A stretch of DNA of 64,000 bases, from assembly GCA_964016885.1 (NCBI GenBank), contig OZ024744.1, forward strand, positions 33,914,001-33,978,000, written 5' to 3'. The translations under genes and the position numbers were made by a program. The first letter of the stretch is position 1, and every line of letters begins with the position of its first letter. This document shows positions 1 to 12,620 of the stretch, piece after piece. Origin of the DNA: Eledone cirrhosa. Taxonomy: Eukaryota. The notes under the pieces are model-generated. The model was not told where the DNA came from and ran no database searches. It saw only the letters and a program-made list of their open reading frames with translations.

Positions 1-360
1 CGATATAGAGTAGCGAGCTGGATTGCGGCAGCCGCATGCGTAAACCAGTCTATTTCACAACTTCAAAGAGTGAGAGATAAATTAATAGCAGGAATTAGAG
101 CGCATATCAAAACAAAACAATAAAAAAAGTGAAAAATTGTTTAACTTACTCTCATTAGTCCGCTAGTTAGGAGATAGTAATAATATATATATACTTTTCT
201 ATGTGGTCTACCTTTCGTGGTAGGGCCTATACCATAGTTAGAACACAATGTAATCCATTTGCAAGTAGTTCAGAGAGATCCAGAGATTGATACCGTGTTT
301 CGCTGGTCAATCTTTCAGATACAGAATCTGATATATTACATATTTATATTATATATATAT

Positions 361-676
361 ATATATTACATATTAGTTTATTTAACAATGACAACAAAGG
401 TAAGTTATTTTACATATCTCATTCATTGTTTTACGATCGTTTCGGAGGGTTGATCATATCGACATATTGACTAATCTATAGCAGTTAGAAAACTATTACT
501 ATCAGACATAATATATGGGTTCGATCATACCGTCTTCCGGAGTTCTGTAACTGCTATAGATCAGTCAATATATTAATATGATCAACACTCCGAAACCATA
601 GTAAAACAATCAATGAGATATGTGAAATAACTTGCCCTTGTTATCATTGTTAAATAAACTAATGGGTAATATATAT
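361..676. repeat. Fold-back (inverted repeat) element between TA tracts, probably a PLE 3'-end derivative
   Basis: 361-487 is the diverged reverse complement of 548-676, with a ~60-nt spacer. The arms carry CGAAACGATCGTA (HHR 3' half: GAAA, palindromic CGATCG, UA). A related fragment lies at ~5560-5630. Confidence 0.8.
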
Positions 677-979
677 ATAGGCAAAAGGGATATTTAATTT
701 GTTGGTAATTCAACAAATATAAATGTTTATAACTGATTCAAAGCACTCAACAGTTTTCTGGGGTATAATATTCAATGATATTAAATAAATGGAAACTATA
801 TTTATAAAACTATATTTATTCTATTATATATATATTTCAAGGTTGAGGTATAGGGCTGGAAAAAAACGTTATTTTTAGAATCTAGGTAGATTTAAATAAT
901 TATTAGAATATATGTATGTATGTGTAAGAGGAAGAAAGAAAAAGAGAGAAAGAAGAGCTTGTATTTACGTTAATTTAAA

Positions 980-1020
<41 letters not shown>

Positions 1021-1026
<6 letters not shown>

Positions 1027-1477
1027 TTGGAGCTCTGAAATAGCAATATATATATGGATGTATATATAATGTATTTTGCAATACACTTTATGCTTAATTA
1101 AAAGCATTTTGAAGACCGTATGCTATTGTTTTAGAGTAGTGACAAATTCACTTACTTTAATCTCAGCAAGCAGGGGAGATAAGCCGACAAGGCCTTGTTT
1201 CGCTTTTGTTGAAGCTTATCAAGGCTAACTACCCCTCCTGTCTACTGAGATTACTGATGTTATATTCTTATAGAATTCTAGTAAATAATCAGGAACTGAT
1301 TATACAGAGCGATTGTTGGTCAGGCAGAAATTAAAAATTAGAATTGGAGCTCTGAAATAGCAATATATATATATGGATGTATATATAATGTATTTTGCAA
1401 TACACTTTATGCTTAATTAAAAGCATTTTGAAGACCGTATGCTATTGTTTTAGAGTAGTGACAAATTCACTTACTTT
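1021..1477. repeat. ~137-bp direct repeats (pseudo-LTR-like) flanking a hammerhead-containing core
   Basis: 1021-1158 is near-identical to 1338-1477 (ttagaattggagctctg...cacttacttta). The unit sits between (TA)n tracts. Confidence 0.85.
1159..1252 (-). ncRNA. Type I hammerhead ribozyme, U3:A8 core variant
   Basis: Minus strand reads AGCC-UUGAUAA-GCUU(caacaa)AAGC-GAAA-CAAGGCCUUG-UC-GGCU. Stem III is palindromic and stem I is extended (aatctcag...ctgagatt). Confidence 0.8.
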
Positions 1478-1481
1478 ATAT

Positions 1482-1537
<56 letters not shown>

Positions 1538-1612
1538 AACACCATATCACATATACACATATATATCCACACATATATATACTGATGTTTGAAAACTTAA
1601 AATATATATATA

Positions 1613-1688
1613 TACGATATTAACAAATGGAAACTATATTTATAAAACCATATTTTTATAAATATAGTTTCCATTTGTTAATATCGTA
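1613..1688. repeat. Short perfect palindrome in a TA tract
   Basis: tacgatattaacaaatggaaactatatttataaaa, 6-nt loop, then its reverse complement. 1655-1776 is also a diverged inverted copy of ~680-815. Confidence 0.8.
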
Positions 1689-1773
1689 TGTTTACTCCAA
1701 ATACTTGTTGAGTGCTTTATATCAGTTATAAAAATATTTGCTTGTTGTATCCCAACAATTTAAATAGAACTTT

Positions 1774-1833
<60 letters not shown>

Positions 1834-3154
1834 TTAACACAAATCAATATATTTGATAAACACAAATATCCTCATATTTATGTTTGTATTGTAAATGACC
1901 AAGTTAGCTAGATAGAAATATACTAATAATAATATTACAGTTTGCCTATCATGACTTAAGATAATACATCATAAATCAACAAAAACAAATTGTACTGGCA
2001 ATGGCCGTAGTGCTTGGACAAATTTAAATTTCAAAATCAAACCTGTTCCGTAGACAGGTTTAAACCTTAAAATCCAAATATGTTTCGAATAATGAAAAAG
2101 TGGAAGAAAATACCGCATTTTGATCTCCTCAGCAAGCACTATAAAAATTGGTATGTTCCACTTCAAAATATTTAGGAAGACTGTTTAGCGCACGAGGTAA
2201 CCTCATGCGGTTATCCAGTGTCTAGCTAGCCTCATACTCGTGCTGCTAGAAATAACAGCCGTTTGTATGGGGCTAAAATCAGCTCAACGAAGGAGCAGTG
2301 AAAAATCAATAATAATGAGTTCAAATCTCAGGCGATCATTTACAATGAAATAGCTCGAAGAAAGATTATTTCTGAGCCGTGTAATATAGGTTAACACAAA
2401 TCAATATATTTGATAAACACAAATATCCTCATATTTATGTTTATATTGTAAATGACCAAGTTAGCTAGATAGAAATATACTAATAATAATATTACAGTTC
2501 ACCTATCATGACTTAAGATAATACATCATAAATCAACAAAAACAAATTGTATTGGCAATGGCCGTAGTGCTTGGACAAATTTAAATTTCAAAATCAAACC
2601 TATACTATTTTCAAGGGAAACAATTCTGTTCATTATATATATATTGATTATCTCCCTTGGTGAGTGTGTGTCGGTTGAACATCTTAAAATTCAGACAGTA
2701 GCCACACAGATAATTAAAGCTACACACACTATAAGGAAGAAGACACATATAGGTGACACGTGCACACCACTTCATATCTATGTATCTATTTAATTACTCC
2801 TCATAACATTATATATTTTTTTTAACATTTTAGTGAGAGCCATCAATGCTAATTTAAATGAACTTATGTAAATGAATAAGAGAGAGAGAGAAAAAAGTAG
2901 GACCAACACAGTGCCTTATATCTTGCTCATATGTGACTGTTTATTGCTGGCTTTCTACGGCTGGATGCCCTTCCTAACGCCAACGTCATTTATTTATATA
3001 TATATTTATCCTTATCGAGCCCTCTTCGGATTTTAGTCTTCACATTTATTATTATTACTATATATATATATATAAAACCTTTGTTCGTACTGCCTCTGTT
3101 TTGTTCCCGTTCCATTTTTTACTATATATATATATAGCTTCAAGGCTTATGGGG

Positions 3155-3334
3155 CTAAAATCAGCTCAACGAAGGAGCAGTGATTTTTCACTAAAATCAG
3201 CTCAACGAAGGAGCAGTGATTTTTCACTAAAATCAGCTCAACGAAGGAGCAGTGATTTTTCACTAAAATCAGCTCAACGAAGGAGCAGTGATTTTTCACT
3301 AAAATCAGCTCAACGAAGGAGCAGTGATTTTTCA
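3155..3334. repeat. Perfect 5 x 36-bp tandem array at a hairpin apex
   Basis: (ctaaaatcagctcaacgaaggagcagtgatttttca)x5, immediately followed by the reverse complement ctgctccttcgttgagctgattttagccccat. Confidence 0.95.
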
Positions 3335-3369
3335 CTGCTCCTTCGTTGAGCTGATTTTAGCCCCATACA

Positions 3370-3673
3370 AACGGCTGTTATTTCTAGCAGCATGAGTATG
3401 AGGCTAGCTAGACACTGGATAACCGCATGAGGTTACCTCGTGCGCTAAACAGTCTTCTAAATGTGTAGGCGTCACGACAAAAGGTACCCACTACTCACTG
3501 TAAATGAAGCTGGCGTTAGGAAGAGCATCCGACTGTCGAAACCAAGCCAGAACCAGTTCTGTATGAGCAAGTCATGGTCACCTGACCTAGGGATTGCCCA
3601 CATCCGGACAACTCGTCTAACCCATGCTATCGTGGAAGAATAGACGTAAAATGTTGATGATTATGATGATGAT
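3370..3673 (+). mobile_element. RTE-associated SINE-like repeat with (GAT)n tail
   Basis: Contains ggctgttatttctagcag, tggcgttaggaagagcatcc and acgtaaaatgttgatgattatgatgatgat. Similar motifs occur at 8022-8275 and 9849-9905 (-). Confidence 0.6.
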
Positions 3674-4407
3674 ATATGTATATATACACACACACAATAT
3701 ATATATATTAAGGATAAATATATATATAAATAAATGACGTTGGCGTTAGGAAGGGCATCCAGCCGTAGAAAGCCAGCAATAAACAGTCACATATGAGCAA
3801 GATATAAGGCACTGTGTTGGTCCTACTTTTTTCTCTCTCTCTCTTATTCATTTACATAAGTTCATTTAAATTAGCATTGATGGCTCTCACTAAAATGTTA
3901 AAAAAAATATATAATGTTATGAGGAGTAATTAAATAGATACATAGATATGAAGTGGTGTGCACGTGTCACCTATATGTGTCTTCTTCCTTATAGTGTGTG
4001 TAGCTTTAATTATCTGTGTGGCTACTGTCTGAATTTTAAGATGTTCAACCGACACACACTCACCAAGGGAGATAATCAATATATATATAATGAACAGAAT
4101 TGTTTCCCTTGAAAATAGTATAGGTTTGATTTTGAAATTTAAATTTGTCCATTGCCAGTACAATTTGTTTTTGTTGATTTATGATGTATTATCTTAAGTC
4201 ATGATAGGCAAACTGTAATATTATTATTAGTATATTTCTATCTAGCTAACTTGGTTATTTACAATACAAACATAAATATGAGGATATTTGTGTTTATCAA
4301 ATATATTGATTTGTGTTAACCTATATTACACGGCTCAGAAATACTCTTTCTTTCTTCGAGCTATTTCATTGTAAATGATCGCCTGAGATTTGAACTCATT
4401 ATTATTG

Positions 4408-4464
<57 letters not shown>

Positions 4465-4611
4465 ATAAGGGCGCTGCGGAGTTGCAAATGGGTTACATAT
4501 GAAAAAAGTTTGTCCTTCATCAGTGATCTTTCAACCATCATAGCCATTTCATCGTTTTAAAGACCATATACCTCCGGTTGGTGCGAGCAACGGCTAAAAA
4601 AAGACGTTATA

Positions 4612-4720
<109 letters not shown>

Positions 4721-4819
4721 AGGGAGTGTAACTTGGAATTACTGTAGGTTCACCGAGGTGAGCACTCGATGTTTAGGTTCACTTCAGTGTCGAGGTGTAG
4801 AGCTAGACAGAATGTATTA

Positions 4820-5040
4820 TAGTTAAATAAGATAACAAGTATGATTGGTTACTCCTTCATTACGTTTATTGGTTGGTGACGCGCGTTTCGCCACTGACAA
4901 GCTCAAGGTTCGATCGGATTACAGAGTCAGGTCAGATCGATACAGATCGAACCTTGAGCTGGTCAGTGGCGAAACGCGCGTCACCAACCAATAAACGTAA
5001 TGAAGGAGTGACCAATCGTCCTTGTTATCTTATTTCACTA
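4820..5040. repeat. Fold-back element carrying an HHR 3' half
   Basis: Arms at 4820-4915 and 4945-5040. The right arm has GCGAAACGCGCGTC followed by AATAAA. Confidence 0.85.
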
Positions 5041-5047
5041 TATATAT

Positions 5048-5357
5048 AAATGTAATCTGAGTTTTTCGAATATTAATAATAAGATTCGATTCGTTTGCAA
5101 TTATGCAAACAAGCCTCAATTTTATAGCCATGTCAGTAGAAAGAACACTTCATTCTTGCTCTTGTGTTGGCATGCGAACAGAACTAGAGATATTAACGTT
5201 TCTGGGTATCACCCTTCATCACTACAGCTCACTGTTCACCTGCCAAACAGTCAGAGCTAGTGAAAATATATGGTATTTTCCAAAATTGAGGCTTGTTTAC
5301 ATAATTGCAAACGAATCGAATGTTATTATTAACATTCGAAAAACTCAGATTACATTT
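5048..5357. repeat. Inverted repeat enclosing a degenerate hammerhead
   Basis: Arms at 5048-5124 and 5282-5357. Minus strand 5167-5246 reads gUGAUGA-AGGGUgauACCCA-GAAA-CGUUAAUAUC within an extended stem (ttggca...tgccaa). Confidence 0.7.
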
Positions 5358-5387
5358 ATTGTATTCAACCATATAGAGCGAAAATTT

Positions 5388-5459
<72 letters not shown>

Positions 5460-6009
5460 TGGTGATATGCATGTAAGTAAATATTCTCTTTATCTGATAT
5501 TTTGTAACTAACCTTACATAGATCAATAACGGACTATAGCTACAATGTATTATCATCACCTAGAAACGATCGTAAAGCAGTGAAGTATATCTCTAATGGC
5601 TTGATTTTTTATTTCATTGTTTTAACTTATATATATATATATATATCCCGACCTTTTCACTGATATCCACATCCCCACTCACACTATCCAATATCCTCTA
5701 AGACAAATCAAACCTCAGTAATACAAAAGTCCACCATCTGTGGCATTAACGTCTACTGCCCTTTCTAATCTGTGAGATCTTCGTTTATTATAAACAGGCC
5801 GAAATATATAAAAATGAATCAAATCATTTCCAGATGACCATGGGAACCTTGCTCACTTCAGATACAGAAAACATACACCCACACCAACGCGCGTAAATCA
5901 CCCCCCCCCCCCTCATCCCACACATCAACCATTGATGGCAAATACCCCCCTACCCCTACATCCCACTCATCAACCACTGACGGCAAATACCCCACCTCAT
6001 CTTATGTTC

Positions 6010-6415
6010 CCTAATGTGCCCCTTTGTTCTATTTTGGCATGTTGGTGGAGTACTGATAAGTTTTTCCCATCCTAGACTTCTCGCTAGTGTTCACTTATCC
6101 TTTCTCCTATGCTACGGGATGTTTCACCTATGTATGTTATATTCTTATTCCTACACTGTCCCTCAGTACATCTTATGCTATATACTACGTTCCTAGTTTT
6201 GCGATTTGTTTGAGGGCTTAGCTTGCAGACTATGCGTTTCCTATCAGCACAGGGGCATCTTTGAAATGAGTATGTTTTGCTAATTAGGGTTTTTATGAGA
6301 ATACCTGGTCTTTCAACTATCTTAATATTTAATTTGAACTTGTCTAGGGCCCTTCTAAATATGTAAGCTATTTCACCTCTAGGGTTTTATTGACGATACA
6401 CTTATTGCTATACAC
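6010..6415 (-). mobile_element. Degenerate Penelope-like element fragment
   Basis: The reverse complement of 6230-6400 is homologous to the start of the 22035 ORF (PRGE.AY.F.RALDK.KLNIKIVERPG...LISKTY.FQR). Confidence 0.75.
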
Positions 6416-6420
6416 TCTGT

Positions 6421-7125
6421 TATAGCAATAAGTACTTTTCATCACACACCTGTGACATCATCAGCGGTGCTATTTTGTTGTATTTTAATGTCTATTCTAT
6501 TATTTATTTATTTATTAATTTTTGTCTGTTTGTGCATACATTTGTGTGTGTGTTTTCTGTTTAATGTGTGCTTGTGTCTGAGACTGTGTGTGTTTGTACT
6601 CTATCTTTGCTCACTAGTGTGTGTTTATGTGTGGTTGTTGTTATTGTACCTGTGTATATTTATTTATATTTCCCTTGGGTGAGTATTGTGTGTTTGTGTA
6701 TGGTTGTTGTTGTCATTCCATTCATTATTTCTGTTTAACTTTGGTTTTCTTAGATCTATTTCAGTTGTTTCTCTGATTTGACTACCCGTTGAGTCATTTC
6801 TATGTTTAGATATTATTTTAATTTTGTATGTCGTCTATATTACCAAAATGTTTTAATCTGACATGCTCGTATAGTACTGAACCGTTTTTTGTCCTTTTAA
6901 TTCCCCCAAGTGTTGGTCTATTATTTTTCCTATGCTTCGAGCTGTCTCGCCTATGTATATCGTTCTCATGTATCTGCAAGTACCCTCTGTAAATCTTATA
7001 CTATAGACTACATTTCTAGTTTTACAATTCATTTGTGGATTTATTCTACATATACCACATTTCTTATTAGTACAGTGGGTTTTCTTAAAGGGGTAAGTTT
7101 TGCTGATCAGGGATTTTATGGCAGT
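6421..7125 (-). mobile_element. Penelope-like element 3' part (GIY-YIG endonuclease remnant plus 3' UTR)
   Basis: The C-terminal part of ORF 6853..7242 reads NCKTRNVVYSIRF...IYIGETARSIG (GIY-YIG), the same family as 22035. An HHR lies at the 3' end. Confidence 0.85.
6423..6473 (-). ncRNA. Minimal type I hammerhead ribozyme of a PLE
   Basis: CUGAUGA-U-GUCAC(aggugu)GUGAU-GAAA-AGUACU-UA. Stem III is palindromic; stem I is imperfect (atagca/tgctat). Confidence 0.7.
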
Positions 7126-7290
7126 TTCTGGCTTTTCTACCTGCTTCAGTGGAACTCCATTCACATGGAGGGTGCTCTGCACAGGCGTCTTTGAAATGAG
7201 GAGTGTCTCAGTTTTTACAGCCCTGATTTTTATTCCAGCCATGCAGCACTCGGCATCAAACCTATCAAGTGCAAGTCGGAGATCACCTGT
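7126..7290 (-). mobile_element. RTE-clade LINE RT fragment
   Basis: AGIKIRAVKTETLLISKTPVQSTLHVNGVPLKQVEK resembles the C-terminal RTE RT segment. It is fused in frame to the PLE fragment. Confidence 0.65.
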
Positions 7291-7419
7291 CGTGTTTAGT
7301 TTTATATTTTATGTTATGTATTTAACCTTGAAACATGAAACAAAAATATAAAACTGAAAATATAAAATAAATATTACTGTATTTGACAGTATTTAAAATG
7401 CATCGTAATTTTGGTAATC

Positions 7420-7660
7420 AGAAGAAGGAGTGAGGAAAGTGTAAAAGCCAAACTATCAACACCAGAAGAAAGGAGGTAGATGTAAAAGCTAAATTCGATA
7501 TCATCATAAAAAGGGAGGTAAGTGTAAAAGCCAGGCTTGCTATCATCAGAAGAAGGGAGGTAAGTGTTAAGGCCAAATTTACTATTATCATAAAAACGGG
7601 AGGTAAGTATGAAAGCCAAGTTATCATCATCACCATCATGGAGCTAGGTGTAAAAGCTAA
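7420..7660. repeat. Degenerate ~41-bp minisatellite, ~6 copies
   Basis: Recurring gggaggtaagtgtaaaagccaa...tatcatca. Confidence 0.75.
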
Positions 7661-7662
7661 AC

Positions 7663-8275
7663 CCCTTATCTTCTGTTCGGTACTCATGCCCATACCTATG
7701 GTCATGAATCTTGGGTAATGACCGAAAGATTATGATCACGAAAACAAGCTGTCGAAATGGAGTTCCTCCGAAGGGTCTTTGGAGTAACGTTACTTGATAG
7801 AGTGTGTAGCTCAGAGATCAGAGAAACACTCGAGGTAGAGCTGCTACTTCTCCGAATTGAGAAATCACAGCTCTCATACTATGGACATGTGGTTAGAATG
7901 TCTCAGGAAAGAATCTCTGGACAGTTTTATGAACGAAAACCAACCAGCAGGAGACTCAGTGGTAGACCTAAGCAGGATTGTTTATCTCCACAATAAAAAA
8001 CCTCAGTACATGTTGTAAAGGGGTTGGTGATAGGAAAGACATCCAGCCGTAAAAAGCTTACAAGAAAATGTTTGGGAGGACCCTTCAATTTGTGTCAAGG
8101 ACATGAGAACTTCTCTTATGCACAAAATAGAACGATGGCCATATGTAGGCAAGATGCAGTTCCCTCAGTCTTTCTGGGAAGTTAGTAAAACTGCTTCAGT
8201 ACTGAGTTAGTCTATGTAAACCCGTTCGGCCTTGCTAGTAGGGAACGTGCATGTCAAACGCTGATGATGATGATA
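7663..8275 (+). mobile_element. RTE-clade LINE 3' end with (GAT)n tail
   Basis: YGHESWVMTER...EMEFLRRVFGVTLLDRV...SQLSYYGHVVRM, ending in tgatgatgatgat. Confidence 0.8.
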
Positions 8276-8280
8276 TACCT

Positions 8281-8420
8281 TCGGATCTAGCTGTCGAAAC
8301 GGCCGGAGCTCAGCCGTCGGGGTCCTGAATCTTTTCATATTACCCGCTCTTCTACCCTAACTATCGAGTACTCCGGTGCATTATCGTCCACCTGGTATCC
8401 TACCACACCATCTTTGTTAT
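8281..8420 (+). mobile_element. Short TA-associated element with HHR 3' half (same family as 18025-18075, 24114-24300, 25141-25340)
   Basis: GAAA-CGGC(cggagctca)GCCG-UC-GGGGTC, then a shared tail (tacccgctcttctaccctaa...ctttgttat) running into (TA)n. Confidence 0.7.
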
Positions 8421-8436
8421 ATATATATATATATAT

Positions 8437-9622
8437 ATCGGGTAAAATTCCCGAGATCCATGGACAAGTTCTCTCCTGCGGTCTCTGTCCCTCATCATCG
8501 CTGCCATATCCTGCGTCTCCAGAGACCTGTGCCTGTTCTTTGGGCATCAATGTTTCAACTTCGGTCTCCGTGGGGGTTCCAACAGGAGCACTGAGTGCAG
8601 TGTCAACTCTGGATGTCGGTGAGCATGTCCAGCTAATCTCAGTCACCTCTGTGTTACTTTCGAGCAAACATTTGGAAGGCTCCTGTACAACTCTGAGTTC
8701 TTTATCCTCAGTGTATACTGATTAATGTTCAGAGCCATCCTCAGCATTCTCGTGTAGCACCTATTCACCATCTGAGTGAGTCGCTTGGTCAGTGCCCAAG
8801 TCTCAGACCCGTACAGTGGCACAGAGTCCGCTGTAGCAATAAAGAGACAGATCTTCATGTCTTTACGAAGGTCCGACTTCTACACCGATCTCAAACTGTG
8901 GCACGCTGACCAAGCTTTGCTCTTCCTCTCAACATCATCCTCTGTGTTCCCATTCTTTGCTCCCACATACAGGAAATCCTCAACCAACTCTAGCGGCTTC
9001 CCGCCTACATTAGTGATCTTCTCTGGCTTCTTAATATTTTCTACCAGATACTTCGTCTTAATTTCATTCATTCTCAGCCCCACACTCATCGACACAGTCT
9101 CCACCTCCTGCATCTACTCCTCTGCCTCCGTCATTATGTTTGTCACCAGAACTGTCGTCAGCAAATTCAGCTTCCGATATCTTTTTCTCCTTGACTCTCC
9201 TGCTCTAAGCCAGTGTTACAGTAAAGCCAGAGTCCTGGTGTTTCTCCAACGCAAGGCGCATACAATAGTCCACGGTGATTATGAAAAGGTAGGGACCAAA
9301 TGTATCTCCCGGGAGTACTCCAAAAACACCGTCATCCCGTCAGGTGTAATGACTTATGCTCTGGTGTTGGTGTAGATAAGTGATATCAGGTCCACTATCT
9401 TCTTGGGGATTCCATAAGCCTGTAAGATCTTCATCAGGCAGTGACGGTCCACATAATCAAAGCCCTTCCTAAAATTAAATAAATCCATGAGAGCAGGAAG
9501 GCACTTTGCTCTAGCTCCCTCTAATATCCTCCTCAGCATCAGGGTGTGACTGGTGGTTGATCTTCCATCTCTGAAGCCGTTCTGGTTGTCCCTGACTTCT
9601 TCTCCATCTCGGGCTGGATCCT
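8437..9622 (-). mobile_element. 5'-truncated, decayed RTE-like LINE flanked by (TA)n
   Basis: RT fragments NFRKGFDYVDR...LQAYGIP, MNEIKTKY...VEDFLYVG and LYGSETWALT. The 3' terminus also occurs alone at 15428-15465. Confidence 0.85.
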
Positions 9623-9626
9623 GTTA

Positions 9627-9849
<223 letters not shown>

Positions 9850-10355
9850 ATCATCATTATCATCTTTTAACGTCCATTTTCCACCGTAGCATGAGTTAGA
9901 TGGGCTCACCCGCTGTGAGACAAACCATGTTTTTCAGACGAAAGGCTTTATATTGCTGAAAAACGTATACACACATATAAATGCCTTATAATTAATTCAA
10001 CTGAAAACAGTTAATCCTCTATATAGTTGAAAACATTAAATCAAATTTAGTCTATAAAAATACTTTTCTAAACTTAACAGCTAACCCCTAAATTCAAATC
10101 CCAACAAAGTCTAACTCTAACCTTAAAAATAGCCATGAACATTAAGACTAACTTTAAACCAGCATTCCTAAGCCCTAAAACACTGATATCTCTGCTAGCA
10201 ATAACCATAACATATATAATTGCCCATGCATCAAATCAAATTCTCTGTCAGGTTTAATATTAATTCTACTTTTAACAGCAGCAAACCTGACACACCTAAC
10301 ATTCAGCTTGAAGTGACTCCTAAAGCTATATGCTGTCCTAGCACAAATTATAACA

Positions 10356-11578
10356 TACAAGGATCAGCTGAAAATTTCATAGGTGGAGCAAGATACTCTC
10401 ATGGAATGTGACTAATTGAGTTTTATTTTTCAACACAGTCCAGTTTGCGGTCCACACACTTCTTCCATCGGTGTTTTAGTGTTGCATCCCAACAGTGATA
10501 AAGCTTTCATCGTGTTGGTAAAAAAAGTCATCACCAGCTAATATAACATCATCATCACTGTGATACTGGTTCCCAGGTTAAGAGGGTTTTTTTTATTTTA
10601 TTTTGGAGAACAGATTATATTTAAATGGAGCTATATCAGAATAGGGTGGATGATGATCTAGTTCAAAGACACAGTCATGCACAGCAGCATTGAAAACAAG
10701 GAGTTCTGTGCTGGAGCATTGTCCTCATGAGACCTCTTTCATCAGTTTTCCTGGTAGCCTTTTGTAACGTCTTCAGCAAATTGACATAGTACTCTCCATT
10801 GGTGGTCCTTTTGATGATAGTCAACTCCAGGAAACTGGGAGCCATCACCTTCTCAGCAGATAAAACAACAGCGGCCTTTTTGGAGCAGGTGAGGAGGAGT
10901 GTTTCCACTGCATGGATTGTCACCCTGTCCCCGCCTCAAAGTGATAAACCCAACATCCATTCTCGGTCAGGAAACATTTAAAGAAACCAGCTGGATCTGC
11001 CTCAAACTATGTCAGATTTTCCGTTGATTTCATCAGCCTGGTGTGCATTTGATCATATGTCAAAAGAAACAGTTATCATGCCAAGTTCATTGTGCAGAAT
11101 ATTCTTCACTTTCTGAGTCCATATGCTAATATCAATGGCTATTTGATCTATTATCAATCGACTTTCATCCAACACCCCGTGGGGAGCACAATCGGTGTCT
11201 TTCTCGGTGGTGGTAGTTGCAGGACATCCAGACATTGGGTCAGTTTCGATACACCCCTTTGCTCTCATTCAGCTGCCTACTTTTTCACTGTTGATAAAGC
11301 TAATGTAACAATCATATCAGTGTGATTGTTCTTGAGGGATTACCCCTTCCTTTTTTTTTTTGCTGGCCCTTTATAACACCACGATGCCATATTTTGTCTA
11401 TTTTCAAGAGAAGTCACACCTACTTACATTTGAAGTCTTCTTGGAACAGTCAGATGTCAGCTTACCTGGAAAGAAACAATGAAATTAAGAAGAGGTAAAA
11501 TTAATGCATGCAAGATCTCACAGCTCTAGCCTCATTCCTTCATAATCAGTCCGTGAACATTTTAGTCTAGCCCCTACA
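10356..11578 (-). mobile_element. Decayed mariner (Tc1/mariner) DNA transposon
   Basis: DPMSGCP.T.TTE...NILHNELGM and SAEKVMA...NGEYYVNLL match mariner transposase. Degenerate TIRs: tacaaggatcagctgaaaatttca / tgaacattttagtctagcccctaca. Confidence 0.85.
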
Positions 11579-11859
11579 TGAAATCCAATTTAGTAAAATA
11601 AAATGTATTTCACATGCAAGGGAGGTTATGCTTTAAGATTTATCTCCCTTATCTAACGTAATTAAACGAAATTAAATAAGGATTTGTAATACAAGGGAGA
11701 TAAGTAAACTCCCTTATTAACAAGAAACTAATAATTATCAAAATTTATTAACAAAACACTTTATCTATTTACACACACACACTCATACAAAAGACCAACC
11801 TGTTCGGCTCTGACTGGGAGTTAAATGTTGATATGAGGTGGCAGTATATGCTGCCAGGC

Positions 11860-12620
11860 CCTTTATAGAGCACATGATTCCGTCACCTCTCCTAGTGAGA
11901 TTGGACATGCGTAATGTTTTCAACAGCGTTATGTGGGATCACATTTAGAGAACTCTCTAAGATGTTTTCCCTCGTTGCGCTCTCTCACTCACATCTCTTA
12001 TGGGACGCTCATCACACTCATGAGGGCTCACAAACAGATTAACTCTGCCACAGTGTCCCGGAAAGAGACTTACTCAGCCCGCTACTTTTCATATTGGCTG
12101 TTGACGACATCGCTCACTCAGTCAGCTCACTGTTCAATGTCTGGTACTTTGACGACGTGACTCTGTAAGGCTCGGCTAAGTCTGTTGCTGAGGACCTATG
12201 GTGGGTCATTACTACACCAAGGCGCCAAGGTTTTCGAGACCAGCACGTACAAATCTAAGGTCCTCAACGTGAATTACGACGAAGTCGAATTCCAAGTCAC
12301 CAACTCCAAATCAAGGATGCTGAATGGTGTAACACTTTCTCTAGTGGCGACCTGTTGCGTTCGGCTACTAGCCCAGGATATGTAGCTCAATAGGCAGAAG
12401 AGGACAAACTGTCAAAGTATCGGCTGCTCTCAGATAGGTTTGTAGATGAACCTGTAGCAATGGAGACTTCAGAGTTCTTGAACTCCTCTGGACCACATCG
12501 CTCTCACTGTTGTCGGAATAGAGCTTGCTGCCCACAGATTTGAGGTGTAGTGGCTGTTCCAGCGTGTCTCACTTGTTGTCCTCCGAGGCATGGTCGTCTC
12601 CATCCTGTTGACCATGAGGT
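11860..12620 (+). mobile_element. CRE-like (RLE-encoding) non-LTR fragments
   Basis: AEEDKLSKYRLLSDRFV.EPVAMETS...WLFQRVSLVVLRG at ~12393-12590 and a WYFDDVTL RT-like motif near 12140. Confidence 0.65.

Larger units (their letters stand above)
2304..4410. repeat. ~700-bp near-identical inverted repeat (2304-3014 / 3709-4410)
   Basis: Direct reading shows the arms are reverse complements. A third partial direct copy is at 1830-2044. An additional inverted pair is at ~2176-2308 / 3326-3458. Confidence 0.9.

Noticed and set aside
262-335. Hammerhead-like CTGAAAGA...GCGAAACACGGTA on the minus strand
   Set aside because: Core spacing and stems are too degenerate to call.
3155-3334. CRISPR-like array of 36-bp repeats
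   Set aside because: The repeats are head-to-tail with no spacers, there are no cas genes, and the context is eukaryotic.
3101-3349. Repeat-protein ORFs (LKSAQRRSSDFS)n and the antisense equivalent
   Set aside because: They are a by-product of a stop-free 36-bp tandem repeat.
6853-7242. Novel RT-GIY-YIG fusion protein
   Set aside because: It is a chance in-frame junction of an RTE fragment and a PLE fragment, both truncated.
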